A stretch of 64,000 bases of DNA from Antedon mediterranea (GCF_964355755.1 NC_092676.1:7541888-7605887); one strand, 5' to 3'; shown: positions 25,601 to 38,713, numbered from the stretch's first letter. Notes: generated by a model not told the origin, from the sequence alone. A program made the numbers and translations.

Positions 25601-28600
25601 TGTATATCTGAAGAACGAAACGTATCATTGTAAGTAGACATATACACCATGTATGGAGAAAACAACCGACTAAAATGGTATTGGAACGCTTTCAATTTGA
25701 CGACCAACAACCATCCTAAATCATTTTGTGCATGTAGAGATATAGTGTCCTCGCTCCTCACCATGATAATGATTTGATGGTTTCTGGGTCTCAAATTGAG
25801 AGTTTTTAATAGTCTATTAAATGTTCCCAATATTACTGTACATATGTAAGTCAGATCACTGGTAGGCTATTATAAACGCCTAGGTTTGATTCACAAAATA
25901 ATCTGCATAAACAAGGTGTTATTACTTATTAATATTTGTGAGTAGAAGAGTTCTGGCGTCTGACAGGATTTTAACCCATCGGCGACATTCTTTGTTGGTT
26001 AATAGAGAAAAAAAGACTAATCTACTTTACCAAGGCATTTTTAAATTACCAGTAACTGTGACATCATAAGTGCATTGATCCTGATTAGTAGCGGCATCTC
26101 TGGCTGTACATGTGATTGTCGACACTCCGATGGGCATGTTTCTTAGTCCAGATTGATCACATGATAATGACGTAACACCTACGTTGTCAGTTGCTGTGGG
26201 ATCTTCTAGTGTTAATGCAGCATGTGGTGAATCTAAATCTGTCACTGCATCAGTAATCGTGGACGGACAGGTGATAACCGGGTCTTCAACATCTGAATGA
26301 CCATTAAAACAGGTTATTGGGTTTACTATGTAGTCTAGGGCGTGTATGTTGGTGGAATCCTCGCCCCAAACCAAAGCTTACCAACCTATTTCTACAGTTG
26401 TAAGCCCATACTTACCATATACAACAACATAGTATGTGCATACTTGAGGCGACGTGCACCACCCCTCCTCGGAAACGTCGTGTCGGACAAGGTATGTTCC
26501 TGGACCTATTATATCTCCCGGGCATATTGTATTCCATCCACCAGTTGCACAAGTATGTGTGAACGAACCAGAGTTATCCGATATTACTGGAGTTACCTGG
26601 TATGTCATCGTGCTTGCACCCACTGCTAGGTTATATGTTTCCAAGCTACATGCTGGGCTGGAAATAACTGCATTTTCCCAATCTGCAATGTGAATTATGA
26701 AAGTTTTATAAAATTATCATCACTGCTGATGAAAAATCTCGCAAAGACAAAATAAATGTTGCTCCGATAGTTTTAAGAGTAAAAGTTACCACAATGCTTG
26801 CCAACTGGATGTTTGTGTGTATACGTTATAATGCTTGAGACGCAACGTAATTTGACCAATCGGAAAGGATGAAATATTCCTGTCACTTATCATTGGTCAA
26901 CTAACAAAAAAGCGGGGATACAAGGTATTTGTCATCATTGAATGAAAAAAAGATGTTGTATTTTCATTTAAACATACCTTCGAACGAAACAAACAAACCA
27001 CCGGATAACAACAATAAGGATAGTCGACCTAGGCCTAAAGAAAGCTGTTCGATGAAACCCGTTTTTGTTAAAGCGGATGAAATTCCTTCACAGAACAACA
27101 AATCTTACATGAGAGATGAAGAGTTATGTATCGCGTTAACACAACGTGTTGATGCAGAAAGTATAGTCGGGGTGCAGAAGATAAGAAATTTGTGGCGCAT
27201 TTATGTGAATAATCGAAAAGACCGAGTAAGTCTGATAACAGGTGGTGTTAATCTAAGGAGTTGTAATGTAACTGTATATGACAGAAATCCCTACATTACA
27301 TTCAATTCATTGGAAACAACCAGAATACTCGTTAAGGACATACCTTTATCAGTAGTCTGGGCTCCAGACGGAGTTTGTCTTAATATTAGTAAAAATATAA
27401 ATATTTTTGCACATATGGCGTTTCATATGTGTATTACTTGAGTTTAGATACTCCGTCTGGGGAAACACGCACAAGTCACGTGGTTTGACACCAAGAACTC
27501 TTGGTGCATAAATTATCCAGTTGACTAGATTCAGCCGCATGCCATTGGCTACTCACTTGTAGCCAGTTTTAATATTCATATTTAAGAATTTCAAAGACTC
27601 AACATCTAAGATGATACGCATGCGCTATGCTACGTTTAGACAATGTGTGCTTGGGTACATTGATGAAAGTTTCTGAAGGCTAGAAATGATTTTATATGCC
27701 TAGTAGTAGTCTGGTAAACATTTGATGGGATTTTTCCCAAGAACATGAAAACTCGTCTTGATATGATAGGCTAGCTTCTCCGCCAAATCAAACATTGAAT
27801 GGATAATAATTATTATGCGGAGATAATTTGATTTAATTCTCACCCAGACCCTCTCCTGTTCTCCTGTGTGTGGTAGTGTAGCCCTGTTGTGTGCCGGTCG
27901 GTGGTGGTATGTACCTTAAGTTTACTGGCGTTTTATTTGGCAGGTCATACGTACGAGTTGAGTAGCCGTACGAAGGAGGCCTAGGCCAGGACTAAACAAT
28001 TAATAAACAAAACAACTTGGCAACACGATTTTATATTTCAACAGTTGTTCAGTCGATCGTACATTCAGCACTGTACGTACTCGATCTTTTTCATTTTGAA
28101 TCAAAATGATCATTGGTTGATTCGAAATCCATATTTACATACCGCCCGCCCCATATAGCCAAATACGGTATGATAATCTACGTTATTCTTATCGGATGTT
28201 TGTGGTCTGCAAATCGATTTCTATACGTGTTTCACAAGTCTGTCTTTTCAGACAAAAATCGCGGTCGAAATAAAAACAAATAAATAAAAAAAAAACAATA
28301 AATACAGACTTGGGGCAAGTCTACTTTATCAGTGGCAGACTCTGAAATTGTTAATAAGCTTAAACTGCTGGGATGTAAACCAGTAGGTGAAGTTATGAAG
28401 CTTAAAATAAGAGTTGGTGGAAAATTAACCAGCTGGCTCAATGGAGATAGATCCATTTTTGTTGAAAAATGAAAACCTCGATTCCAAGGCAAGTTACTAT
28501 AATAAATGGTTTTAAAGCCCCGCATATTTCATGAAGGGCAAGAATTAAGATGCACAAAATGTCTTAAAGTAGGTCATCTGTCATGTAAATGTAAAGCAGA

Positions 28601-31600
28601 TGCTGTCTGTCTCAAATGCAACCAGGAAGGGCATATGAAAAATAAATGTCCAAATTCAAACAAATCAAACTCATCTGTCGGATCACCAGGATCTTACATC
28701 AATCAAATGTGGGAATCATTTGTTGGAAATAAAGCTGACTAGGTATCTAAACCTGAAGAAAGGAGAGAAGACGATGCAAACTTACAAGAGATAGAAGAAG
28801 GAAAAAGCAATAAAAGTGTATTTAGCGTGAGCGATTCAAGCAATGCAGAGACAAGTGATGAGGAAACAATTGATTGTGTGCAAAATGGAAATAAAAGTCT
28901 GCCAAATCAAAAGGAAGATAGTACCATTAATGATGGTTTGATCACAAAAGATAACAAAGAAAATAATGAAGGACAGGAACAAAAAAAGGTAACCGATTAC
29001 TTTGATGCATCTACCAGCAAAGGTTAAAAAAAGTTGGAAAGGTACACAAGAACAGCCTTCTTCCTCTACAACTTCTTCTACTGCTACAATGGCCAAGAAT
29101 GTTGACCAAGACCGAAATCAAAACATGACATTGGAAGGAAAGCAAGCAACACCTAAAAGAAATCTTAGAAAAAAAGAAAAAATAGCGGATTATCTATACA
29201 AGAGTTTTACCTGAAAATTAAATAACTTTAAGTAATACGGCAAGCAATACTTTTCATTGTGTTTCGCTAAATGTCAGAGGTCTACGTAACCAAACCAAGC
29301 AAAGGCAAATCTTCAAATGGTGCAAGGACCAAAACACAGAGATTCTGCTTATCCAAGAAACACACTTTACGCCAGAGTTGTTAACCAAAGTTAATGTTCT
29401 CTGGAATGGCACCTGCTTTCATAGCATAGGAAGTTCTAGTAGCACTGGAGTATCTATTCTTTTTAAAAAAGAGTTTGATTTTAGAGTAATTAACACGGAC
29501 ATTGATAAAAATGGAAGGTATATTATTGTAAAAATAGAAATGTTTAGAAAAAGCTATGTTTTTGTTAATATATATGCGCCAAACAATTGTAAAATAAGAA
29601 GTGTGTTTTTTAGAGAGATTCAGAAAGTCTTAGCCAACATGGTTGATATTGAAGAAGATAAAATTGTTATTGGTGGAGATATAAATTGTGTTTTGAACAG
29701 AAAATATGACCAAAAAAATAGCGCTGAGCGAAATGACAAATCAGTTTTTACTGTTAAAAATGTTATGAGTAAACTAAACCTAGTTGATGCTTGGCGAAAA
29801 TGCAACCCTGAAAAAACACACTTTACATGGCGTAGAAAAGGTGGTCAAATTTATAGACGACTAGATTATTGGCTGGTCTCAAAAGGTTTGTTAGATTGTA
29901 ATGAGATTATATCATGCGACATAAGACCTACAATACTTACTGAACATCAAGCAATATCTCTAAAGATTGGGTCTAATGAATCAAAAAGAGGTCGGGGCTA
30001 TTGGAAATTAAATAATAGTCTTCTAAATAATGTTGAATATCAGAATACTATTAAAAAGATTATCAGAGAAACACAAACAAACTATAATGATCTTAGTATC
30101 AGTGTAGTGTCAATTCGAGTATTGATAATGAATAAATTGAGACAGAAATAGATCTAAAAACAAAGGAATTGGAAAATATTTATAGTAAAGAAACGAAAGG
30201 TGCATATATACGATCAAGGGTTAAATGGATAGAGGAGGGAGAGCGTAGCACAAAATACTTATTAGGTTTAGAGAAAAGTAATGGATCAAAAAAGCACATA
30301 AAATGTATTAAAAATAATAATGGTAACTTATTAAAAAGACCAAAGGAAATCATTTGTAAATAAATAAGATTCTTTAAGAAACTATATGCTAATAAGGGAA
30401 TCTCCCAAGCTAATATAAGTGACTATCTAGATCATTCAAATGTAAATGGTTTAACATATGAAGAAACAAGGCCAACAGCCATTAAGTCGCGTGCTACAAT
30501 GCATAGTGATACCGGACCGACAGACAGACCGACAGACAGACCGACAGACAGACCGACCGACCAACATAGTGAACTATACTGACCGAAATTACTAAACATG
30601 TTTAAAAATGTTGAAATGTTTAAAAACATTTATATTTTTTTAATTTACACGTGCGTAGCCTGTCACTTTTGACGTGCTCGTATAACGTAATTTCGAGTTG
30701 AAAAGTAAGTCAAGAAAACAGAAATCGGGCAAAAAGAGTGCGCAATAACATTTAACGCGTAGTGCGCGCGCAAAAATATGCGCACTCATGGCAATTTTGT
30801 AAACGCTTAAAATTGCCTGAAACGTACTCTTATTTCATCGAAAATAAATTGTGAAAAATTTAAGCGCGCGTACGCATGCGTTACATGCGCTACGCACGTA
30901 ATTGTATTGCCATATGATGATTTATGCCCAGAAATTTATGAGTACCAAATTTTATTGAATTGTGATTCATGGTTGTGAAGATATGATTTCAAACGTGATT
31001 TCGTTAAATCGTGCGTAGACCGCGTAATTTTTTATTGCGCACCGTGAAAACATAACCACATCGATTCCTGGCCATAAGGAATATACTGTGAAAAATTGAC
31101 CAAGCTAGATTAAACTGATATCAAGATAAGGTCAGAAAGCGATAAAACGCATAGGGATACCGGACCGACAGACCGACCGACCGACCGACCGACCGACATA
31201 GTGAACTATAGAGTCGCTTCCACGCGACTAAAAACAAGTTGTGAAGGTTTAATCACAGTACAGGAATGCAGGGAAGCATTAAAACTTATGAAATTGAATA
31301 AAGCCCCAGGGTATGATGGTTTAACTGTTGAGTTCTACAAGTATTTTTGGGAAGAGCTCAAATATTTAATATGTGATGTTTTTAATGAATGCTATTTAAA
31401 CAGTTAAATGAGTAATATGCAAAGACGTGGTGTTATTAATCTGTTATATAAGAAAGGGGATAACAATCTATTAGAAAATTGGCGTCCTATTACTCTGCTA
31501 ACCACAGATTATAAAATATTAACACACATCCTTAGTAATAGACTACATAAGGTAATTAATTCTGTTGTAAATAGTGACCAAAAAGGGTATATAAAAGGTC

Positions 31601-34600
31601 GTTTTGCTGGAGAAAACATTAGGCTCATTGATGATCTCCTATGCTATACTGTTGAAGAAGATGTTGAAGGTGCTTTTTTGTCACTTGATTTTAGAAAAGC
31701 ATTTGACTCTGTGAGTAGAGAGTTCATGTTTAAGGTGTTGGAAAAATTTAACTTTGGAAAGTCCTTTTGTAAATGGGTAAAAACAATTTATAAAAACACA
31801 GAATGTGTCATTGTTAACAATGGATGGGTATCTGAAAATTTTGAAATGAAATGTGGTATACGACAAGGCTGTCCCTTGTCAGCACTACTATTTCTATTGG
31901 TTGTAGAAACAATGGCAAGTAACCTAAGAAATGATCAACATTATAATGGAATTTTGCTACCTGGTCCTACAAAAGAGGAAGTACGTATAGCACAACTTGC
32001 AGATGATACAGTATTGTTTGCAAGAAACGAAAAAATTATAAAAAGAGGTCTATTCATTGTTAATAATTTCTGTGAAGTATCTGGTTTAAGCTTAAACAAA
32101 AACAAAACTAGTGACATGTGGATTGGTAAAAATAGATATAAAAAAGATAAACCTTTTAATTTAAATTGGGTCACTGATCCTTTAAAAATCTTAGGAATAT
32201 ACTTAGGGTATGATGCTGAATTATGTAAAGAATTAAACTGGGCTAAAAAATTAACCAACCTTGAAAAAGTATTAAACTCTTGGAAAGCAAGGAATCTTAC
32301 AATTTTTGGAAAAGTCACAGTTTTAAAAAGTTTAGCTTTAGCCCCATTAATACAACGCATCCATAATTGATGTGCCTGAAAGTGTCGTTAAAAGGATAAC
32401 ACAATTGTCTTATGAATTTCTTTGGGATGGAAAAAATGAAAAGATAAAAAGAAAAACATTAATTGGTAATATAATTGAGGGTGGCATTAATATTCCAGAT
32501 TTTTCTACTCAAGTTAAAACACTTAAAATCACATGGGTAAAGAGAATTCTTTGTAGAAAACATATAAAATGGAAAGTACTTCCACTGTATTATATAAACA
32601 AGATTGGAAGTGAATATATGGTATTTAATATGTCAAACTTGAATATAAGAAAGGGCAGTTTTTGTTAGCTAAGATGCCCTTATTTTATTCAAATGTAATA
32701 AAAAGTTGTGCAGAATTTAATACAAATATAAACAGTAAGGCAAAATCTTATAATAATGTTATACAAGAAAACCTATGGGGTAATAAGGAAATTTTTGGTA
32801 AAAACACTACTTTGTTTTATAAAACGTGGAGTAATGTAGGTTTCAATCAGATCAATGATTTAGTAAGAATCAATAGACTAATGAACCCACATGAAATTTT
32901 ATCAAAATTAAATGTCAAAAGAAACTGGCTTAGTGAATATGCTACGCTCATGCAAGCTATTCCTAAAGGTTGGCTGGATTTAATAAAAAATTATAATGGA
33001 GATAGTGTTAAATTAAATTCAGATGATTATAAAATAAATAAGATATTTCAGATGAAATCAAAACAGATATATTCAAGTTTTATAGAAGGTACGTTTGTTG
33101 CTCCTATCACTATTCCCAAATGGGAAAAAGAAATTGATATTGAAATTACAAACTGGTTTGATATTTTGTCAAGAAAAGTAAAAAATGAGAAAAACAAAAA
33201 ATATGCACAACTTAATTACAAATTACTTCTTAGAATTTTACCAACAAATTTACAATTATATAAATCGAATATTAAGAACACAAAAAAATGTGAGTTATGT
33301 GATGTAACTGAGGATGAAAAGCACATGTTTTTCAAATGTAAAAGCAATGTCTTATTATGGAAAAAAAATCAATGAAATATTTAAAAAGTTAGATAATAGT
33401 AACTGTTCTTTTGAAGAACTTGTTTTTGGGTCTGAATGCAACATAAAATATAAGTTATACTCAATTGCTCTATATTCTATATATAAAATAAAAATATTGT
33501 CAGAATTAAATAAGTCAGTCTGCAAAAACTCATGGATAATGTTTAAAAATATACTTACACAAGAGTATACCATGAATGTATTTTATTAATTTTTTATTTT
33601 GGAGGTTACTGTAAATAAAGTAATTTGTACAAAAATGTAAATAGAGCAAATAAAACAGAAAAAAAAAGAAAAAAAGGAAAAAACAATAAAAAGAAGTGTA
33701 AAAAAAAATAGCATGGTAAATGCTATAGGCCTACTCTACAAGCAACTGGTTATTGAGTTGCTTTTTATTTTCCATATTTATTGATATTGTTTTCAGTTTA
33801 AATGTAATGTAAATGTGTAAATGATATCTTGCAGAGTTTTTTAAGATGTAAGGGGAAACTTTATGTCTATGAATGAAAATAGTATATATTTAAAAAGATA
33901 ATATACAAACATAATAAAATTGTTTATTTATGTTTTGAAATGAAATAAAGGTGAGTGAACCTCACAAAAGAGAAAAAAAAACATACCGTCTACATATACT
34001 GTGAATTTGCAATAGCCAGTAGCTCCGCTATGCGTTGCTGAGATCTCTACTAGTGTTGTTCCAAGAATGAATTGGTCTCCGGGTTGGTGTGAACTGGTAA
34101 TCGGTACGTTTTGGCCATCAATAGTTACGACTGGAGGGGTCCATGTTGCAGTGGCGTAGTCAACACCACTTTCGGTTTCCATAACTATGTTACTGGGACA
34201 AGATTGTTCCAGTGCGGCAACAAAATCAGGTAAAGGCCCATTACTGACAACTTAAAAAATTAGAACAACAGATATTTCAGGATCAACCGGGTCATAATTT
34301 AAAAGAAAATGGGGAAAATTACTATTTATATTACAAGCTATATTACATGGTATACATTGTTACCGTGTGGTACAAACATGATTTTACTTTAATTGTCTAA
34401 GGATTGAAACGTACGGTAATCAAAGTATATTATTTACACAAATAGTTACCAATTGTATTTTTGCATATACCGCAATATCCAGCATTACATGATACTTCTT
34501 CCCAGTCGTGGTTTCTGCCTCTGTCAAATGCGTGACAACGTTCTGGCAAGTACGATTCTAAGTCTTGTGCATCGTCAATAAAGTCAACAGGAGTGCCATC

Positions 34601-36286
34601 AGTCCAATCCAGGTGTTCGTGAGTAAGTTGACCCCATGAGTATCCGACTGCTTCCAGGCCTATAAAAACACTACTGTGTCCAGAGTCTATACATATTTGC
34701 CTCAAAAATTCGTTCTCAGCATTTGAATGAATTGATACAGGTTCAGCATTCATAGACTGACAGTTGCTAACGTAGTCGTTGTAGTTACTGTTGCCACATT
34801 CCATTATATAGCAGTTTCCTTCAAATGTTGATCCGGGACATGGTTCAGTTGATTCTATAGTCAAATACAAAATGGGGTCGATGTATGTTTATGTTATTTT
34901 TATTTCTTTCTGTATCAAAAAGTCATTGCCCAATTTTCATAAGTGATGGTTTCATAGCTGCAGTATGCCTAAGTTGGAAATTTGCGCTCTAGTTGAGTGC
35001 CCACCTACATTATTAATCATTACGTTCACATTTGATTAAACCGTTTAAATAATATTTTTGTAGGCCTACAATTTAATTATTTCAAATTATAAAACGTTTC
35101 CAATTTGTTAAATAAGATAATAATAACATTGACTTTGTTTCAAATACTTAACCCGAATGATTACTTTTAAAATCATCAGTAAAGGTAAGTCTGACCTTTC
35201 TTATCTTCGAACACTACACTAATTAACTAAACTAAAACAATGATGGAATGACCAACTGGGGAAACAATAATTGTGCCATGTTTTCCTGGTCACTTCACTT
35301 TATTCATTATAAAGTATCACAAGAAAAATGACCTCCAAATCCCTAATTAAAAATAAAAAGATATACGAACGTAAGATCACTGAAAACTCGCAGACCGCTC
35401 TGTTGCACGAGAAATCGGTATAAATGTGAGAAACCCGGGTGACGCCAGCAAAGAATTCATCAGATTCGTACAAGACTACTTTTATTGGATTGTCGTCAAT
35501 GTAATCGATGACTGTTGAATCAGGAATTGATGGTGATGATTTACTCGTTTCGCCATCGCCTAAGGTTATATAAACGTCACCGGGACAAAATGTGATATTC
35601 GGTATCTCTTCGTCTGTGGAGAATGAAATATCAAAATGTAAAATTGATTTATTGTTCATCACAAGATATTACATAATATAGGACTACGGTACATAATTGT
35701 ATTATAGTGACGTCATTCGTTACACACTATCATGCATAATTAAGTAATAGAATGACGTAATGAATAAAAGGCATAAATATGGATTTCAAATGGATTCAAC
35801 TCATGGTTCACTGCGAGTAGATAATTGTCGTTGTTTTACACTTTAGTCAATAAGTATTGATAGATATCACATGGTATAAGTGTGAGAAATACTTTGATAT
35901 GGCCATTAATTACAATGAAACATGGATCGAATGTAAATGATTGTTTTTTTAACAAACTGTAAATATAATATAAATAAAAAAATACTGTGTACAGACATTT
36001 TACGGCGGAAGAATGATGGTAACAATAAGCGTATAGTAATTGTAATCACCTGTAATTGTTACACCGAAGTTACAGTTTGCTTGATGGTTCCCGTCATGGC
36101 TCTTTGCCACAATCCGTACAGTATGTCCGCCAAATTCAAAATACTGGCCACTTTGATGCGTAGACGAGTGCACATACCCATCGGACACGGCTACTTCTCC
36201 GTTCCAATAAATACGTTTCCGGTTTGTTCCAAAATCAGCTGCTTGGGTTTTTCCTCCTGGACATTTATTAAAGTGCACGGCAAAAC
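13633..36286 (-). CDS. Adhesion GPCR, copy A (multi-exon): HYR x2 - C-type lectin - HYR x12 - GAIN/GPS - 7TM - acidic tail; 5' signal exon not identified
   Basis: GT-AG-bounded ~240-270 bp HYR exons (D.E.P…CP.D…V.W..P.A.DNSG…F..G.T.V.Y.A.D..GN…C.F.V.V). GPS reads CSFWDEDNS/KWSTSGC…CHCDHTTTFGIFV. Family-2 7TM exons are present. Confidence 0.88.
15637..17243 (-). CDS. Copy A 7TM exons (secretin/adhesion family)
   Basis: Exons ~17139-17243, 16891-17000, 16563-16787 (C…GVLIHFFYMAILTWLIVEC…GWG), 16285-16351 (CWL…AFIFP), 16058-16141, and 15637-15798 (LFPFFICTWMF…ASNGIFVAIYC). Confidence 0.88.
17703..20191 (-). CDS. Copy A GAIN domain and GPS exons
   Basis: Short exons ~20018-20191, 19491-19533, 19173-19278, 18785-18940, 18521-18618, 18100-18215, 17938-18005 and 17703-17820 splice in compatible phases. 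They end in the GPS C.C.H-T-T motif. Confidence 0.8.
20595..26683 (-). CDS. Copy A proximal HYR stalk (11 one-domain exons)
   Basis: HYR exons at ~20595-20867, 21129-21374, 21555-21798, 21942-22188, 22717-22962, 23152-23401, 23686-23932, 24700-24945, 25362-25608, 26050-26293 and 26415-26683. Confidence 0.88.
24001..24522 (-). mobile_element. Rex1/Babar-type LINE 3' fragment in an intron of copy A
   Basis: Minus-strand YFLRRLRSFGINAEIMSSFYRSVIESVITYSLTVWFGS with a (CTTGA)n tail. Absent from the matching B intron. Confidence 0.75.
27353..28323. mobile_element. Non-autonomous Academ(H)-like DNA element inside L1 ORF1
   Basis: Termini TAGTCT…AGTCTA, each with a short hairpin (GTCTGG-gct-CCAGAC; AGACTTG-ggg-CAAGTCT). 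Perfect 9-bp TSD CTTTATCAG (27344-27352, 28324-28332). Removing it restores …KDIPLSVADSEIV…. Confidence 0.72.
30466..31233 (-). mobile_element. DINE-1/HINE-like element inserted in L1 ORF2
   Basis: Sub-terminal AGTCGCG inverted repeats, (GACA/GACC)n microsatellites and a short terminal hairpin, inserted in an A/T run with no TSD. Removing it restores LTYEEKTSCEGLIT. Confidence 0.75.
34451..34855 (-). CDS. Copy A C-type lectin domain exon
   Basis: CP…FEGNCY…C…SIHSNAENEFL…FIGL…WTDGTP…C…W…C…IC, the CTLD pattern. Confidence 0.88.
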
Positions 36287-36374
36287 CTTTCAATGAATAA
36301 ATTAATAATATTAAATAATCTTGCTCGTTTTTCTCACTCATAAAACATCACCTTATTGAAATTTCTATTTAAAA

Positions 36375-37356
36375 AAAGAACAGAATTAAATAAAATAATA
36401 GATTGTTTCAAGGATCAAAATAAGAACAATTTGGGAGTTTTTCCCGTTTTAAAGATATATTTATAAAGTATTGTGATTTCATAATAGGAATAGATCGTCT
36501 TACTATTATAAGCAGTTTATAAATGATATATGTATTATTCCAAATCCTCAAATGAAATGGGAAATAGAATTTAGAGATGAAATTATTGACTGGAATGAAA
36601 TATGGAATAGAAAAGTATGTAGAATGAAAATGAAACACATGGTAACAGTAGCTCAATTTAATTTTAAGTTGTTACATCGAATCCTTATATATGTAAAAAA
36701 AGACTAAAAAGATGGAAATTATCCACAAGAGACAAAGATGGAAATTATCCACAACAGACAAATGTAATAAGTGTACGAATCATATAGAAAATGAAAAACA
36801 CTTATTAATTGCATGTAAAACTATTCAACCAGTCTGGAAAAAGTTTAAAGATATGCTGGTTCAGTGTCTTCCAAATGAGGTTACAGTACAGCAAGACTTC
36901 CCAAAGTGGGTTAATGTAATTTTGGGAACATCAAACAAATTTGTAAACGAATTAATTTCAGTCTTTACTTTTTGTATATATAAATCTTCCATAATATATA
37001 AAGAACTAGAAACGACAGAAAAAAAAAATCTGCAAATATTTGGGGCTATTTAAAAATGAAATTATAAACCTCATAAATAATGAGTATTCGTATAACTTTT
37101 ATACTGCTGATCAGAAATGGAAAAATAGTAAAGACAGGATATTTGACCTATTGAATAATTAAAATATATATGTGCTGGAGATCTCTATCCCTACGTTTTA
37201 CAATTGTATTTTATATTAGTGTGACATATGATGTATGTAAGTTTTAATATAAATGTGTAGCCCTTTTTTATTTCAAGTGATTTTAAATGTAATCCTTGAT
37301 TATGTTTTTAGACAATTTTAATAACTTATATGAAATCTGTAATTATTGGTATTTAT

Positions 37357-37420
<64 letters not shown>
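36375..37420 (+). mobile_element. Second L1/Tx1 3' fragment followed by (TA)n
   Basis: …AQFNFKLLHRIL…CNKCTNHIENEKHLLIAC (C-terminal CCHC), frameshifted. (TA)n at ~37362-37418. Confidence 0.75.
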
Positions 37421-37425
<5 letters not shown>

Positions 37426-37470
37426 ATAAATAAAATAACAGCAGAAAACTTGGTTACTTCATTGTTTTAA

Positions 37471-37526
37471 TCACTACAAATTTGTTTCGTACGACCAGCA
37501 TGTAGCTGGCCGCACTCTTCAGGTGA
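37471..37526 (-). ncRNA. Type I hammerhead ribozyme (identical antisense copy)
   Basis: Exact reverse complement of 37700-37755. Confidence 0.85.
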
Positions 37527-37699
37527 AATATAAAACATAAGTGACACAGTTGTCTCATAGTGCTTAATAAAAGTGAGTTACAATAGCCTATTGTTTTAGA
37601 TAAACTGTTTGGATCTGCAATTTAGTAAGAATTTTTTCCTTTGTCTACAAGTAGAGACTAACTCGTTCTGTGACAACTGTGTCACTTATGTTTTATATT

Positions 37700-37755
37700 T
37701 CACCTGAAGAGTGCGGCCAGCTACATGCTGGTCGTACGAAACAAATTTGTAGTGA
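37700..37755 (+). ncRNA. Type I hammerhead ribozyme
   Basis: TCAC-CTGAAGA-GTGCGGCCAGC-tacat-GCTGGTCGTAC-GAA-ACAAATTTGT-A-GTGA: CUGANGA and GAAA cores, an 11-bp stem II, a palindromic stem III, a GUA cleavage triplet and a TCAC/GTGA stem I. Confidence 0.85.
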
Positions 37756-38170
37756 TTAAAACAATGAAGTAACCAAGTTTTCTGCTGTTATTTTATTTAT
37801 TTATGCTCTACCTTGGTATTGAGCACTCTATCCAAACGGTCTGAAAATTTCAACCTGAATATGTGTTTATATATATATATATATATATTTTTTTTTCTAT
37901 ATTTGCAATATTCATATTGTATACATGTCAATGTTATCTGCATGTATTTGTATTTGTCCAATATATATATTTTTCTATATTTGCAATATTTTTTTTCTCT
38001 TTTGTGGCGTTAACAGCTATTTATTCATTTCATTTCATCAACAGATTAATACAATTATTTCTAATAATAATAATAACTATTCATTGTTATTCTTACTTTT
38101 GTTTGGTTTATATATACGCCGAGAATGTTAAAGAGTCGCTATCCAATCGAGTTCGAACAATACCATGAAA

Positions 38171-38242
38171 GCCCCAGTGGTCTAATGGTTAGGACATCTG
38201 CATATCAAGCAGGCGGTCCGAGTTCGAGTCTCGGTTGGGGCG
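38171..38242 (+). tRNA. tRNA-like cloverleaf, anticodon ATC (Asp-like; probably repeat-borne pseudo-tRNA)
   Basis: Acceptor GCCCCAG/TTGGGGC, D-arm GTC…GAC, anticodon arm TCTGC-ATATCAA-GCAGG, T-arm CCGAG-TTCGAGT-CTCGG, followed by TTTTT. Confidence 0.55.
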
Positions 38243-38534
38243 ACTTTTTCTCATTCTCACAGATTTCCTCATCTTTATCGTTTCAAATTAATTAATTAAA
38301 TTTCAGTATATCACCGGGCGGTTTAGAATTAATGTTCTGTGCCTGATTTGTTTATATATATAAAAGTATCTCTTCTGAGATTCCGCCTCGTGAATAAAAA
38401 TACTGTAAGATGAGGGCGTATCAATTTGATCTCTGGTGCGCGTGCGTACAACTGAGGACTAGTGCTGTTCCGCCGTACCACGCCGAGAATGTTAAAGAGT
38501 CGCTATCCAATCGAGTTCGAACAATACCATGAAA

Positions 38535-38606
38535 GCCCCAGTGGTCTAATGGTTAGGACATCTGCATATCAAGCAGGCGGTCCGAGTTCGAGTCTCGGTT
38601 GGGGCG
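38535..38606 (+). tRNA. tRNA-like cloverleaf, anticodon ATC (second tandem copy)
   Basis: Identical to 38171-38242. Confidence 0.55.
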
Positions 38607-38713
38607 ACTTTTTCTCATTCTCACAGATTTCCTCATCTTTATCGTTTCAAATTAATTAATTAAATTTCAGTATATCACCGGGCGGTTTAGAATTAATGTT
38701 CTGTGCCTGATTT

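Larger units (their letters stand above)
26982..33978 (+). mobile_element. L1/Tx1-clade non-LTR retrotransposon, 5'-truncated and decayed, antisense within a copy A intron
   Basis: ORF1 has CCHC knuckles (CTKCLKVGHLSCKC, CLKCNQEGHMKNKC). ORF2 has an APE endonuclease (SLNVRGL, IQETH, NIYAPN, GGDIN, RLDY), an RT (KAPGYDG, LDFRKAFD, GIRQGCPLS, LADD) and a C-terminal CELC…HMFFKC. AATAAA plus A-tail. TSD AAACATACC(T/G)TC at 26970-26981 and 33979-33990. Confidence 0.93.
37424..37802. mobile_element. Penelope-like inverted repeat (~130-bp perfect arms, ~117-bp spacer)
   Basis: 37424-37554 is the reverse complement of 37672-37802. Each arm contains a hammerhead core. Confidence 0.75.

Noticed and set aside
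38450-38500. CTGAGGA in the tRNA repeat as a hammerhead core
   Set aside because: No stem II or GAAA at the required positions.
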